A stretch of 64,000 bases of DNA, from assembly GCA_050633305.1 (NCBI GenBank), contig JBOEGF010000038.1, positions 64,001-128,000 on the forward strand. Reading direction: 5' to 3'. A program made the translations under genes and the position numbers. This document shows positions 35,739 to 45,349 of the stretch, one piece after another (position 1 is the first letter of the stretch; each line of letters opens with the position of its first letter). Under the pieces are notes generated by a model. The model had not been told where the DNA came from and ran no database searches. It was given only the letters and a program-made list of their open reading frames with translations. The stretch comes from Nannocystales bacterium (lineage in GTDB: Bacteria > Myxococcota_A > Polyangia > Nannocystales > Nannocystaceae).

Positions 35739-38668
35739 CGTTTGTGGCCAGGCTCGAGTAGCTCATCCAGCTCACGGGAGAGCAGGGGGGAAATGTCGGC
35801 AGGGTTTCGACTTCGCAGTTGTACGGCGCGCTCGAGAGTCGCGCGCGCCTCGGACTGGCTGCCCACGAGTCTCTGCGCCCGGACTAGGTTCATCAGTGTG
35901 TGGAGCGTGGCAACACTGTCGGTGCTGTGCATGCTGTCGGTCAACTCCAGGGAATGTTGGTAATGCTCGATTGCACGCTCTGGCTCGCCCTGCTTCGAAG
36001 CGACGACGCCCAGAAGATCATGAGTCCATGGCATCAGCATCGCGTGTCCATCGTCTTCTTCGAAGATGTCGAGCGCGTGCTGCCCGAGCCGAGCGGCGTC
36101 TTCGAACCGGCCGAGCTCGTACAGCGTCCAGCCCAGCGCGACCTCGGCCGCGGCGCTCAGCGGGTCATCGGGCCCGACCAACTCATGGAGGATGTCGATG
36201 GCTTGCTCTCGAAGCGGGAGGGCAGCTTCGGGGTTCCCTTCGACCGTGTGAATCTGGCTGAGCATCAACAGACCATCCGAGAGCGTGCGCCGCCTGACCC
36301 TCGGGTGCTGTTCGGCGAGTTCGATCGACTCGGTGAGCAAGGCTCGGGCGCTGTCCAACCGGTCCAGCCGCGTCTCGAGGTCGCCGAGTGTGACCAAGAC
36401 GTCCGCGAGAACGCGCGGCGAATGGTTGTTGATGCGGCACTGCTCGAGGACGCCGGCGAGCAGGGTCGAGGCCTCTTCAAACTTCGGCATGTGCAGCAAG
36501 AGGTCGCCGAGAGTGATCGCGTCGAGGGCCACCCGCGGGTGTCCTGGACCGTAGACCTGGGTGTGAAGCTTCAGGGCGGCTCGGTAGCGCTCGGCTGCGA
36601 GGTGAGGCTCGCCGAGTTGGTGGTTGACGGAACCCAGGCGCAGAAAAACCCGGGCTTGTAGCAGCGGGGACTCACCCGCGCGTGAACCGAGTTGCGCGAG
36701 GGCACGCTCGTAGAACTCCTGGGCGCCCAAGATGTCGGCTTGAGCGAAGCGGGCGGCGCCAGCCACGAGCATGGCCTCCGCACGAAGGGGGTCGTCGTCC
36801 AGCCCCTCAGAGTCCTTCAGGGCGAGCTCTGCCCATACCTGCCTGTCTGAGCCCACCGCGGCAAGCGAGAGGAGCGCTTCGGTTCTCGCGGCGTTGCGTC
36901 GGTCTGCGAGCCCGCGGAACAACAGGAGGGCCTGCAACAAAGAGTCTCGGGCGACCTCCTTGCCATGCAAGGTCCGCGCGATCCTGCCTCGTAGTTGCAG
37001 GCCTCGTGCCTCGCCCGCAACATCGTCGTGCTCGTGCGCCAGTTGAACCGCGTCCTGGGCCGCAGCGTATGCGCCCTCAAACCTGCCGGCTTTGCGTAGC
37101 GCCTGTGCACGAGCGAGGTGGCCCTCGAGCACGACCGATGACGTACCCTCATCCTTCCAGCGTGAGCGCCCCGAGGCAGGGAAGACAAGCGGGTCGCATT
37201 CGGAGAGGGGAGGGAGGTCGACCGCCAGATCGATCGCACGCGTGACAGTGTCTGGGGCCATCGCTGTGGTCGCGGCAGCCTCGACCGCAGACAATCCGCG
37301 TTGCAAGCACCGAAGGCGACTGGCTGCCTTTGCGGGTCCGGGTCCCCGGGAGCGGGCGTCTTCGCAAACAGCGATACGCCGTGTCGTCCAGTCGCTGACG
37401 TAGTCGCTGATGTGGCCCGAGAATTCGGACGCGCTGTGTCGTGCCATCGGCGTGTCCGTAGATGCCAATGCCTTTTCGACCTCCGCGCGTCGTTCGGGAC
37501 TCCAGACCTCCTCCATCCGGGAGTCGACCCCCTCGCAGGGAAGCGGTGCCGTGCTTGCGCCCGCCTGAGCACCAAGCACCGCGAGCACGGCCACGCCGCA
37601 GGCGAGCAACGGTCCCCGGATTCCCCGCTGCGGTGCGGAGGCTTTCGTCAGAGCATCGCAGAGCTCTGCCATCGACGGCCACCGGTCTTCCGCCAGTCGT
37701 GCCATCCCCTTGCGAAGGATGGACCACAGTGCACGATGCTTCGCGTGCTTGGGAGGCGGGCAGGGGTTCTGTGTGAGTACGGCATCGCGCAGGGCCAGGA
37801 GCTCCCCAGTGGGGAAGGGTTCTGAGCGCCAAAGGGCCTGGTATGCGGATACGCAGAACGCGAACTGATCGGTCTTTGCCGAGGCCCGTCCGCCCTCGAA
37901 GAGCTCGGGGGCTAGATATCGCGGAGTCCCGCGGAGGACCGTGGGCTCGGTCGGTACCTGCAGACCGGTCTTCGTACCCGGATCGATCGTAGGGACACGC
38001 ACCGGTTCACGAACCGTCGACAGCCCAAAGTCGGCCACAAGCGCGGTGGGGTGCAGCGCATCCGGATCCCGGACGAGAACGTTGGCCGGCTTGAAGTCAC
38101 GGTGTACGACGCCACAGGCGTGCGCGTCGGCAAGGCCTCGGCCGGCCTGAATCAGAAGGTTCAGAGTCTGGTCGCGTGCAGAGCCACGTCGCGTCAGCCA
38201 TGCCCCCAAGCTCACTCCATCGACAGCCTCCATGACGATGTGCACTTCGTCGTCCGCGGTGATCACCTCGAACACATCGACGACATGCGCGCTCTGTACC
38301 CGGGCCATCGCGCGGGCTTCGTCGAGGATCTTGCTGCGGGCATCGGCAGACGCGTTCAGCTCAAGATGGCGGGACTTGATCGCGACGAGTCGGCGGAGCT
38401 TGGGGTCGAATGCGGCATAGACTGACCCCATGCCACCCGCGCCGAGCTTTCGACGGACGAGATAGCGGCCGAGTCGGTGGCCCGGACCGATGGCGGAGAC
38501 TTCGGTGAAGGGCCCCGCGGGTAGCGTGTTCCCACGCACGACTTCGGCCAGAACTTCCCGGCACAAGGAGCATTGCGCGATGTGGGCATCCTGAACGTCG
38601 ATCTCCTGCGGCGAGGCACGACGTTCCACGCGTGCCAGCAGTCGGTCTTCGTCCAGACACCCGCGCAT
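35735..38668 (-). CDS. Ser/Thr kinase with N-terminal HxxxCxxC zinc finger, TM and TPRs
   Basis: HIAQCSLC; GAGGMG; HRDFKPAN; DFG; GTPRYLAPE; TPRs. Confidence 0.93.
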   Translation of the reverse strand: MRGCLDEDRLLARVERRASPQEIDVQDAHIAQCSLCREVLAEVVRGNTLPAGPFTEVSAIGPGHRLGRYLVRRKLGAGGMGSVYAAFDPKLRRLVAIKSRHLELNASADARSKILDEARAMARVQSAHVVDVFEVITADDEVHIVMEAVDGVSLGAWLTRRGSARDQTLNLLIQAGRGLADAHACGVVHRDFKPANVLVRDPDALHPTALVADFGLSTVREPVRVPTIDPGTKTGLQVPTEPTVLRGTPRYLAPELFEGGRASAKTDQFAFCVSAYQALWRSEPFPTGELLALRDAVLTQNPCPPPKHAKHRALWSILRKGMARLAEDRWPSMAELCDALTKASAPQRGIRGPLLACGVAVLAVLGAQAGASTAPLPCEGVDSRMEEVWSPERRAEVEKALASTDTPMARHSASEFSGHISDYVSDWTTRRIAVCEDARSRGPGPAKAASRLRCLQRGLSAVEAAATTAMAPDTVTRAIDLAVDLPPLSECDPLVFPASGRSRWKDEGTSSVVLEGHLARAQALRKAGRFEGAYAAAQDAVQLAHEHDDVAGEARGLQLRGRIARTLHGKEVARDSLLQALLLFRGLADRRNAARTEALLSLAAVGSDRQVWAELALKDSEGLDDDPLRAEAMLVAGAARFAQADILGAQEFYERALAQLGSRAGESPLLQARVFLRLGSVNHQLGEPHLAAERYRAALKLHTQVYGPGHPRVALDAITLGDLLLHMPKFEEASTLLAGVLEQCRINNHSPRVLADVLVTLGDLETRLDRLDSARALLTESIELAEQHPRVRRRTLSDGLLMLSQIHTVEGNPEAALPLREQAIDILHELVGPDDPLSAAAEVALGWTLYELGRFEDAARLGQHALDIFEEDDGHAMLMPWTHDLLGVVASKQGEPERAIEHYQHSLELTDSMHSTDSVATLHTLMNLVRAQRLVGSQSEARATLERAVQLRSRNPADISPLLSRELDELLEPGHKR

Positions 38669-38929
38669 AGACTCCCAAGCCTAACGACGTTGGGTACGGA
38701 TTCGCCACCTCGTCGGCCGATTCGACGGGGCGTGGGAACGCACTACGTCTACACGTCGCTTTTTCTGCGCGAGTTGGCCCAGTGTTTCGTCTTGGCGCAG
38801 CACCTCAGGATCGTCAGAGAACCGGATCCCGGCTGGGAATTGCTGTGTGAACCGGTCCAAATATACGGCGCCATGCCGGGGCCTGAAGGTCCCCCGGCGG
38901 AGTCGCTCGCTGCCTGCCGAGCCGCGCGA

Positions 38930-39628
38930 CTACGAGCTCGCCGGGGTCGCCCCTGATTGCACCAGACTCGCCCGAGCGCCGAACAGGGTGTCGAGTTGAG
39001 CCTGCATTGGCCCCGGTATTGCCGTCGCGCTCCATCCGGGCTCTTCATCCAACCGCCGCATCCACGCCCGGATGTTCGGGTACGGGGCGAGGTCGACTCG
39101 GCCGTACCTCGTGATGCCAAGCTGACTCGCCAGCGCAAAGTCGGCGATGGTCACGGACTCGCCGCACACGAACGCACGGTCTCGCAACGTGTCATCCAGA
39201 ACCTGCGCGTAGGGCCCGAACGCCTCGAGAGATCGGCGTACGACATCTTCGTCCGGCTCGCCCGCGCCAGCAAAGGGTTTGAAGACCCGCTCGAACAACG
39301 TGGTCGCGAGATGGTTGCCAAAGTGGGCGAGGTCCCAGCACAGCCAGCGGGTGACGTCGGCGCGAGCGGCTGGGTCCTCAGGGTACAGCGACGTGCGGCC
39401 GTGCTTCGTGCACAGGTACGCCATGATCGCGTCCGACTCCCACAGCCGCAGTTCTCCATCTTCGAGGGCTGGGACTTTGCCATTGGGGTTGATCTCGAGA
39501 AACGCCGGTCGTTTTTGCTCAGCGACCGCCGGGTCGAGCACAACCATCTCCACGTCGAGACCGAGTTGCGCGATGACGGCAAGGACCTTGCGGCAGTTGG
39601 GGCTCCCGTGGGCGATGTGCAGTTTCAT
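38930..39628 (-). CDS. Glutathione S-transferase
   Basis: SPNCRKV, INPNGKVPAL, LWESDAI, TIADF. Confidence 0.93.
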   Translation of the reverse strand: MKLHIAHGSPNCRKVLAVIAQLGLDVEMVVLDPAVAEQKRPAFLEINPNGKVPALEDGELRLWESDAIMAYLCTKHGRTSLYPEDPAARADVTRWLCWDLAHFGNHLATTLFERVFKPFAGAGEPDEDVVRRSLEAFGPYAQVLDDTLRDRAFVCGESVTIADFALASQLGITRYGRVDLAPYPNIRAWMRRLDEEPGWSATAIPGPMQAQLDTLFGARASLVQSGATPASS

Positions 39629-39633
39629 GGTGC

Positions 39634-39981
39634 TCACGCGCCTTCCGGTGCTTGCCACAGTGCGATGTTGGCTCCCGCGGGGTCGACCAGCACTGCGAAG
39701 TCCCCTGCGGGACCCCGAGTACGAGCTTTGAGGACAGATGCTCCCAGCGATTCCGCCTTCTCCAGGGCGGCGTCCAGGTCGTCGACCTTCGCGTAGGGCA
39801 ACCATCCGGTCGGCACCCCCTCGGCCGGCACCATGCCGGACCAGGGCTTGTCTTCGCCGAACGCAAGCATCTCCGCGGGGGCCGTCTTGGGTCGCGACCA
39901 TCCAAGCAGGGTCTCGTAGAACGAGGCGGCTCCGGAAGGGGAGTCGCTTCGATGGTCGAACCAAATGAACGGTGTCGTCAT
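39634..39981 (-). CDS. VOC/glyoxalase family protein
   Basis: FYETLLGW, WLPYAKVDDLDAALEKA, DPAGANIALWQ. Confidence 0.9.
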   Translation of the reverse strand: MTTPFIWFDHRSDSPSGAASFYETLLGWSRPKTAPAEMLAFGEDKPWSGMVPAEGVPTGWLPYAKVDDLDAALEKAESLGASVLKARTRGPAGDFAVLVDPAGANIALWQAPEGA

Positions 39982-39986
39982 GCCTC

Positions 39987-40016
39987 GATGACGAACCGGG
40001 GGTCTCGATCCCGACA
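39987..40016 (-). promoter_or_regulatory. ECF-type promoter TGTCGG-N17-CGTCATC, leaderless
   Basis: Ends 5 nt before the VOC ATG; no obvious Shine-Dalgarno at normal spacing. Confidence 0.55.
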
Positions 40017-40115
40017 CGCGCCTCCGATTCTTTTCGGCCCTCGTGCTCGAGCGAGACGAGCGGCCCGCGCGCGCACGGTCTTGACGCTCTGGCGTACCGT
40101 CGGCAGGCTGTAGGG

Positions 40116-40685
40116 GTGGATGCGCAACCGAGGATCCGGGCCTCGATCATGCAAGACCACCTCCGGGATCTCCGAGCCCTACCGGAATGGGCAGAGATCG
40201 GGCGGGACTTTGGTCCGCAGAACATCCGGACTGTCGAGGACGCGAGCCGTGTCGGGTGGGTGGCTGGTGACGTCAACTTCGCCATGGTGAGGGCGATCCA
40301 CCATCAAGTGGGGCTCGAGCGCGGGCAGGAGTTCTTCTACAAACGGTTCGCCGCGGCGTGGGACAGCCCGATCTTTCAGCCGATTGTCCGGGGTGCGATG
40401 CGCATGCTCCGAGCGGACCCCGGTGGTCTGCTGTCGATGATCCCCAAGGGTCACGGTTTGGCATTCCGCGGATTCGGTCGGTACGAGGTGGTGGAGAAGA
40501 CCAGCCACTCCCTCAGCCTTCGACACTTCGAGGTTCCTGCAGAGTGTTTTGTGGACGACGCCGCGTGGATCAGATTCGCCGGGTTCTCACAGCTGAGCCT
40601 CATCGCGCTCGCGGACGGTGAGGGGACCGTCGAGTGGTCCATCGACGCGAGTCGACGCGAAGCTGTGCATCACTTCGCCTGGTAG
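40116..40685 (+). CDS. Hypothetical myxobacterial protein
   Basis: Coding-like ORF (IRASIM...ASRVGWV...FRGFG); GTG start inferred. Confidence 0.65.
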   Translation: MDAQPRIRASIMQDHLRDLRALPEWAEIGRDFGPQNIRTVEDASRVGWVAGDVNFAMVRAIHHQVGLERGQEFFYKRFAAAWDSPIFQPIVRGAMRMLRADPGGLLSMIPKGHGLAFRGFGRYEVVEKTSHSLSLRHFEVPAECFVDDAAWIRFAGFSQLSLIALADGEGTVEWSIDASRREAVHHFAW

Positions 40686-40737
40686 CGCCCGCGGTGCCCA
40701 TCCGCTCCTCTCGACGCCGCGAGAGGCATTGACGTCT

Positions 40738-41394
40738 TCAGTCCTCGAGCGTCGGCAGGTATCCGAGCGTCTCGCGGGTTCGGTTCTGAGACCGAGGCGG
40801 CCGCACCGTCCAAGGCACGCAGCGGGGTACGGACTCCGGATCCGGGCTCGGGTCGGCGTCGACCTCGAACTCGCCGCGGACCCGCCACCCGCAGGGTCGG
40901 TCCAGGACCCGCGGAATGGCGCGCTCGGTCCTGGTCTTCCGCGGTGGGAGGCGATGGCTCCGCGTGTCCTCGGGACGGGTCGCTTCCACGATGGACAGGA
41001 GGTCGTTCGTCTGGAGAGGCGTCGGAAGCATGTGCACGCCCGCGGCCGCGATCCGCTCGGCCACCGGGGCCTCCCGCCCGGAGAGCAACGCAACCCGGCG
41101 CGTACTGGGAGCTCTGGCGAGCAGGAGCAGGTCGTTGGTCGCGAACGTTCCCGTGTCGTGGACGAACACCAAACACGCGGGGCCTCGTTGGAGGTTGCAG
41201 ACGGCTTGCGCAACGCTGGTCACGAGCTCGACGGAGTAGCCGTGACCACGCAGGGACGTTGCGATCGAGTGATCCACGGTTGCGCTGTGGTCGACGATGA
41301 GCACCGAGACACGCGCGTCCGCTTCCGAGCTTGCCTGTCCGATGGTCGCTGAACCGCCCCGCTCAACAGACTGTCCTTCTCCGGTAAGCTGCAT
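40738..41394 (-). CDS. Degenerate response-regulator receiver-like protein
   Basis: VLIVDH...LRGHGYSV...VALLSG...AAGVHMLPTP; lacks the canonical DD, D and KP residues. Confidence 0.45.
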   Translation of the reverse strand: MQLTGEGQSVERGGSATIGQASSEADARVSVLIVDHSATVDHSIATSLRGHGYSVELVTSVAQAVCNLQRGPACLVFVHDTGTFATNDLLLLARAPSTRRVALLSGREAPVAERIAAAGVHMLPTPLQTNDLLSIVEATRPEDTRSHRLPPRKTRTERAIPRVLDRPCGWRVRGEFEVDADPSPDPESVPRCVPWTVRPPRSQNRTRETLGYLPTLED

Positions 41395-42151
41395 CACGTA
41401 AGCCGTTTGCACGTACCGTGCCGTTGGGCCGGTGGTGGGTTGTCGTGTCCTGCGTTGGGTCCGGCTGGACCTAGGCTGCGCGAACGCCACGGCCCGATCC
41501 GGCCGCACGAGACCGATCTGGGGGACTTCGGCTGGTTCGTCGTCCATCGGCGGCGTACCTGCTACGACCGGATCATGCCGTCGTCGCGGCGACACCCGTC
41601 TCAGCCTGGGACAGCAGTGTCTCCCGACTGTCCACCGGGCGAGACATCGGGTCGGTCTCCGCCTTCCCGCAGTTCGATCGCCAGTTCGTGTCTTCCGCCC
41701 TTTTCGAAGTCGGCGGCGCCTTCTGTGGCGCTACGCGGGGTCGACTTGGACATCGGCGACCTCCACGTTCGTGAACCCTCCGCACGTCTCGAGCCCGACC
41801 AGCTCTCGATCGGTGAGGTCCACTGTTCGCGACTCGCCGTGCGGGACCTGAACGCAGGCGGGGAGCTCCAGCGTCGTGCCGCTGGCGCAGTGGAACTCCA
41901 CGGTCCAGCAGGCTTCAACATCGGCTCGGCCCTTCCGATGTGTCGCGGTGCGAGCCCGTGCTGATGTGCACGCCTCGAATCTCAGCGCGCTCGATCGCCC
42001 CGACACCCCGGTTCTCTTGCAGCGCATGAATCGTTCTCCGTCCGTCATGCCACTCGTTCAACCGCCTCGAGGCACGGGCTATTGCCTGCCTCTGAGGGGT
42101 AGTTGAGCGAGTGGATAGATCGTTCCGAGAAATCTGCGGCGGGGAAGACCG

Positions 42152-42409
42152 TTAGTCCTCGTCCTGCGCGCCACCCAGGGGAGTCACCCCCTTCTTGGCG
42201 CACTTCTTCGTGTAGACCCGTTGCCAATGCGCGTAGCCGCCGAGCGTGCGCTGTTGATGAACGAGCAGTTCCACGAAGGCTCGGCGGTCACGTTTGGCGA
42301 GACGGCCGAACATCTTCTTCTGCGCTTTGGTCATCGAGCAGCCCGTGCAGTGCCCCGCGCGTCTGAACTTGCAGACGTCGATGCAGGGACTTGGGAGCTT
42401 CTTCGCCAT
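42152..42409 (-). CDS. DUF1289 family small Cys protein
   Basis: PSPCIDVCKFRRAGHCTGC. Confidence 0.85.
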   Translation of the reverse strand: MAKKLPSPCIDVCKFRRAGHCTGCSMTKAQKKMFGRLAKRDRRAFVELLVHQQRTLGGYAHWQRVYTKKCAKKGVTPLGGAQDED

Positions 42410-42577
42410 CGGATCTAGGCCTATCAGACTTGGCCGCGTGTCGTCACGGCCACCGGGACGACGCGGCGTGGCAGGTCCTATGGCGTGACCGTGAGGCGCA
42501 GCTCGGCCCCGGATCGAATGTGGACGCCTTCACCTCCGAGACGTTCGCAAGGAGTCTACGTGGTATTCGGTCCAGAG

Positions 42578-43033
42578 ATGAGACCACGAAAATCGCTGTT
42601 CCCCTTTGGGTCCCTCGCTCTTGCGTGCGCGCTGCTGGGTGGGTGCGACGCTGCAGGGACTCGTGTCCATGTTGCAACAGCGACGCCGGAGGAGCTCCGG
42701 GCGGCGTCCGAGGACGACATCGTTTGGTACGAGTTCCGCGAAGGCGACGAGCTGCCGTTCGAGTTCGGTCTCTTCGGTGACGCAGCCGCAATCGGCGAGC
42801 CGACGACGCTCATCGCCCGTCGGCAGTTCTGGTTGATTCTGAGCCGCGACCGACAGATCAAAATCAGCTACGACGGGAAGACCTCGACCATGGACGAGAT
42901 GGAGTTCCTTCTCACCGTCGTTCCCGGGGACGACGGAAAGGCGCGCCTCGTGTGGCTCAACCACCTCGGCACGGGGGACGCCGAAGAAGCTTTGCGAGAC
43001 ATCATGGGTCCGGCGAAATCCGAGGCTCCGTAG
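42578..43033 (+). CDS. Hypothetical lipoprotein
   Basis: Lipobox LGGC. Confidence 0.7.
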   Translation: MRPRKSLFPFGSLALACALLGGCDAAGTRVHVATATPEELRAASEDDIVWYEFREGDELPFEFGLFGDAAAIGEPTTLIARRQFWLILSRDRQIKISYDGKTSTMDEMEFLLTVVPGDDGKARLVWLNHLGTGDAEEALRDIMGPAKSEAP

Positions 43034-43162
43034 ATCCTGCGGTTCCCAGTCCGGCTCGGACGCACTCCGCCTCCATGCGGACTCCGGAACCCTCACCAAA
43101 TTGTACTTCGTCTGTAACGAAACGTGCTCGCGCGGAACATCGTCTGCGACGTGGAAAACAGA

Positions 43163-43593
43163 ATGAAGTCAAAGATCGTCGGGTCCCGTTTCGCTGTGGC
43201 AGCCCTCATGGCCTCCTTGGCGGTTGTCGTCCCGCAAGTGCCCAACAACTCACCACCGAGGCGAAGGCTCCTTCCAGAACGAGGCTAATTCGAGCGTATA
43301 CGACAGCATTTGCAACGCATTCTACGACGGAGTGCACCACAACCAGTGATGGCACGACAACCTGCGCAACAGATTTCCCCGATATCGTTCGGAGGTTCCT
43401 CGGTCCCGGGGTCGGCCCCGTCCCACTCGTAGACTCCCAGTGCTTCCCGGCGACAGAATCCTGCAGCACGAACTGCACATCGGACGAATACACCGACTGC
43501 GGCGCGTTTGCGATCGCGTGCGGCAACACTGGGGGGGCCGTAATCCCTCCGAACCCGGGGGCAACTACGACGTGCGTACACAGCCCTGACTGA
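43163..43593 (+). pseudogene. Frameshifted secreted Cys/Thr-rich protein
   Basis: Signal peptide MKSKIVGSRFAVAALMASLAVVV in one frame; PASAQQ... mature part in the -1 frame from about 43231. Confidence 0.6.
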
Positions 43594-43721
43594 GCGCATC
43601 GCAGACTGAGCCGCCGCGACGCTGTCTGTGACCTCTACTTCAAAGCCCACGGAGGCCGCGGCTACACCACATCTCCTGCCGTCGATACGGGTGGCTTGCG
43701 AGCGGCGGGATCCTGGTGGGC

Positions 43722-43949
43722 TTACTTCGGAGCGGAGCCCAGAAGCAGCTGCAGCCGAGCTCTGAACTTCGAGCTCTTCTCCGGCGCGGGAGGCTCGAAC
43801 CCGACTTCGAGGGGTCTGTTTCCGAACCGCACCTGCGCCCGCTCGACGGCCCAGCTCTCAGACGGGTGGGCGGCCGAAGCCGGGGTCTCAGGCTTGTCCG
43901 CCCCGCAGGCGACCACCGCCAAGAGCCCAAGAGAAACAATCAGACGCAC
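43722..43949 (-). pseudogene. Short lipoprotein, probably truncated
   Basis: MRLIVSLGLLAVVAC followed by an early stop. Confidence 0.4.
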
Positions 43950-44274
43950 CGTCGCTAGAGTGACGCGGCTGCTCGGTCCGCGTCAAGCTTCGGTGTCCCG
44001 ACGCGTCGGGCTGCTGTGCGTCACACGACGCAACCGATGCTCGGACACGCTCCGGGCTCGCGTCCGATCGTGATCGCAAGCGATCTCGGCCCGGATTGAC
44101 GCGGCCGAAGCCCGTGTCGGGCTACAGCATCGTGCGAGCGATCGCGACGAGTATTGCGCTGACGTTCTTCGTCGCGACCTGGTTTCGCGCCGCGGGACAG
44201 CTGCGCGATATTCAGGCGGAGGCGCCGGTGGTCGGGCCGAGTCCACCGGTCAACGTCCGCGTCGAGCTGCTCCG

Positions 44275-44974
44275 TCAGACGCCGTCGGGGAGGGCTCGCG
44301 AGATCCACTCTAATTCCCTCGCCCAAGCACGACCTCCCAGGCGGGAATCCTGCATGGATTCTCGGAGCCCGCAGAGGATCTCGCCTTGGTACTCGTAGAG
44401 CCCTTCCGGGAACAGAACATGAGGGGCTTCGCAAGTCCGACCTCCCAACATGGTCAACGTGGCAACATCGAAGATGCTCTCCTCGGAGTGGTCAAGCGAC
44501 CTCACCCACGGCCGGAGAGCTGCGAGTCTCGGTTCGAGATGTGTGCGATTCGGACAACAGAGAAGAAGGTTCGCGGCCAACTCGAACTGAACCTGCGCTC
44601 CCGCGACGGCGGCATCCGATTCCGGGATGTCGCGCTCGAGTTCGAGAACCTCGACGAGTGAGAGGAACGCCCCAGCTGGCCTTCCGGTTCGAAACAACGC
44701 AACCGCCGGGGTCATCGACGTCAGAAGACCCCAAGTCGGCTCCGTCCGGACGCGGTGTGTCTCCGCTCATCAACCGCGCCGCCAGAGCAGCCGCCTCGTC
44801 AGCCGAAGTTTGAAGGCTCTCGGTGAGCACGGATTCGACTCCGTAGTCACGGGACCACATCGTCTCCGCCTGCAGACCGAGCGCATGCAGAAGTGACCAC
44901 TGGGCGCGCAGCATGCACTGCGAGTCGGTATTCGCGTCCGGAAGCTCGGGTCTCATCTCAAGGCTGTCTCCCAT
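44275..44974 (-). pseudogene. Probable frameshifted hypothetical gene
   Basis: Two overlapping protein-like ORFs (44492-44974 and 44275-44715) in different frames. Confidence 0.4.
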
Positions 44975-45248
44975 GGAATTGCTCGGACGCTCCGCGGCGC
45001 TCCCCCGCCCAACGTCTCTACCGCCCAGAACTCACCCGTCAAGACAGAGCAGCGGAGCCAGCATCCGACCCCGTTCTCCTGGCCGCGAGCGGCTGCACCG
45101 TGCTGCTCTACCACGCGGTCGAGGGCAAGGTCATGGCCGCCGACGGAGTCCGTCGAGATCAACCTGAGCGGTCGTCTCGTTGTTGAGAAACCTGTGGGTG
45201 ACCGTTGGCCCCCAGCGGTTAGATCCGGACGCTGGCCCCCGTCCGCAA

Positions 45249-45323
45249 GCAGCCAAGCTCGATGCACTCCGAGACGCGGGTGTGCACATCGCCGAGACGC
45301 CGTCCGACCTGGGCGGGACCCTT
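45249..45323 (+). pseudogene. sucD: 3' fragment of succinyl-CoA synthetase alpha subunit
   Basis: AAKLDALRDAGVHIAETPSDLGGTL resembles the SucD C-terminus. Confidence 0.6.
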
Positions 45324-45349
45324 TCTTGTTGGTTGGGCCCCGCTTCCCG

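Noticed and set aside
41731..42048. Small Cys-containing ORF
   Set aside because: The C-terminal half looks protein-like, but the start and family are unsupported.
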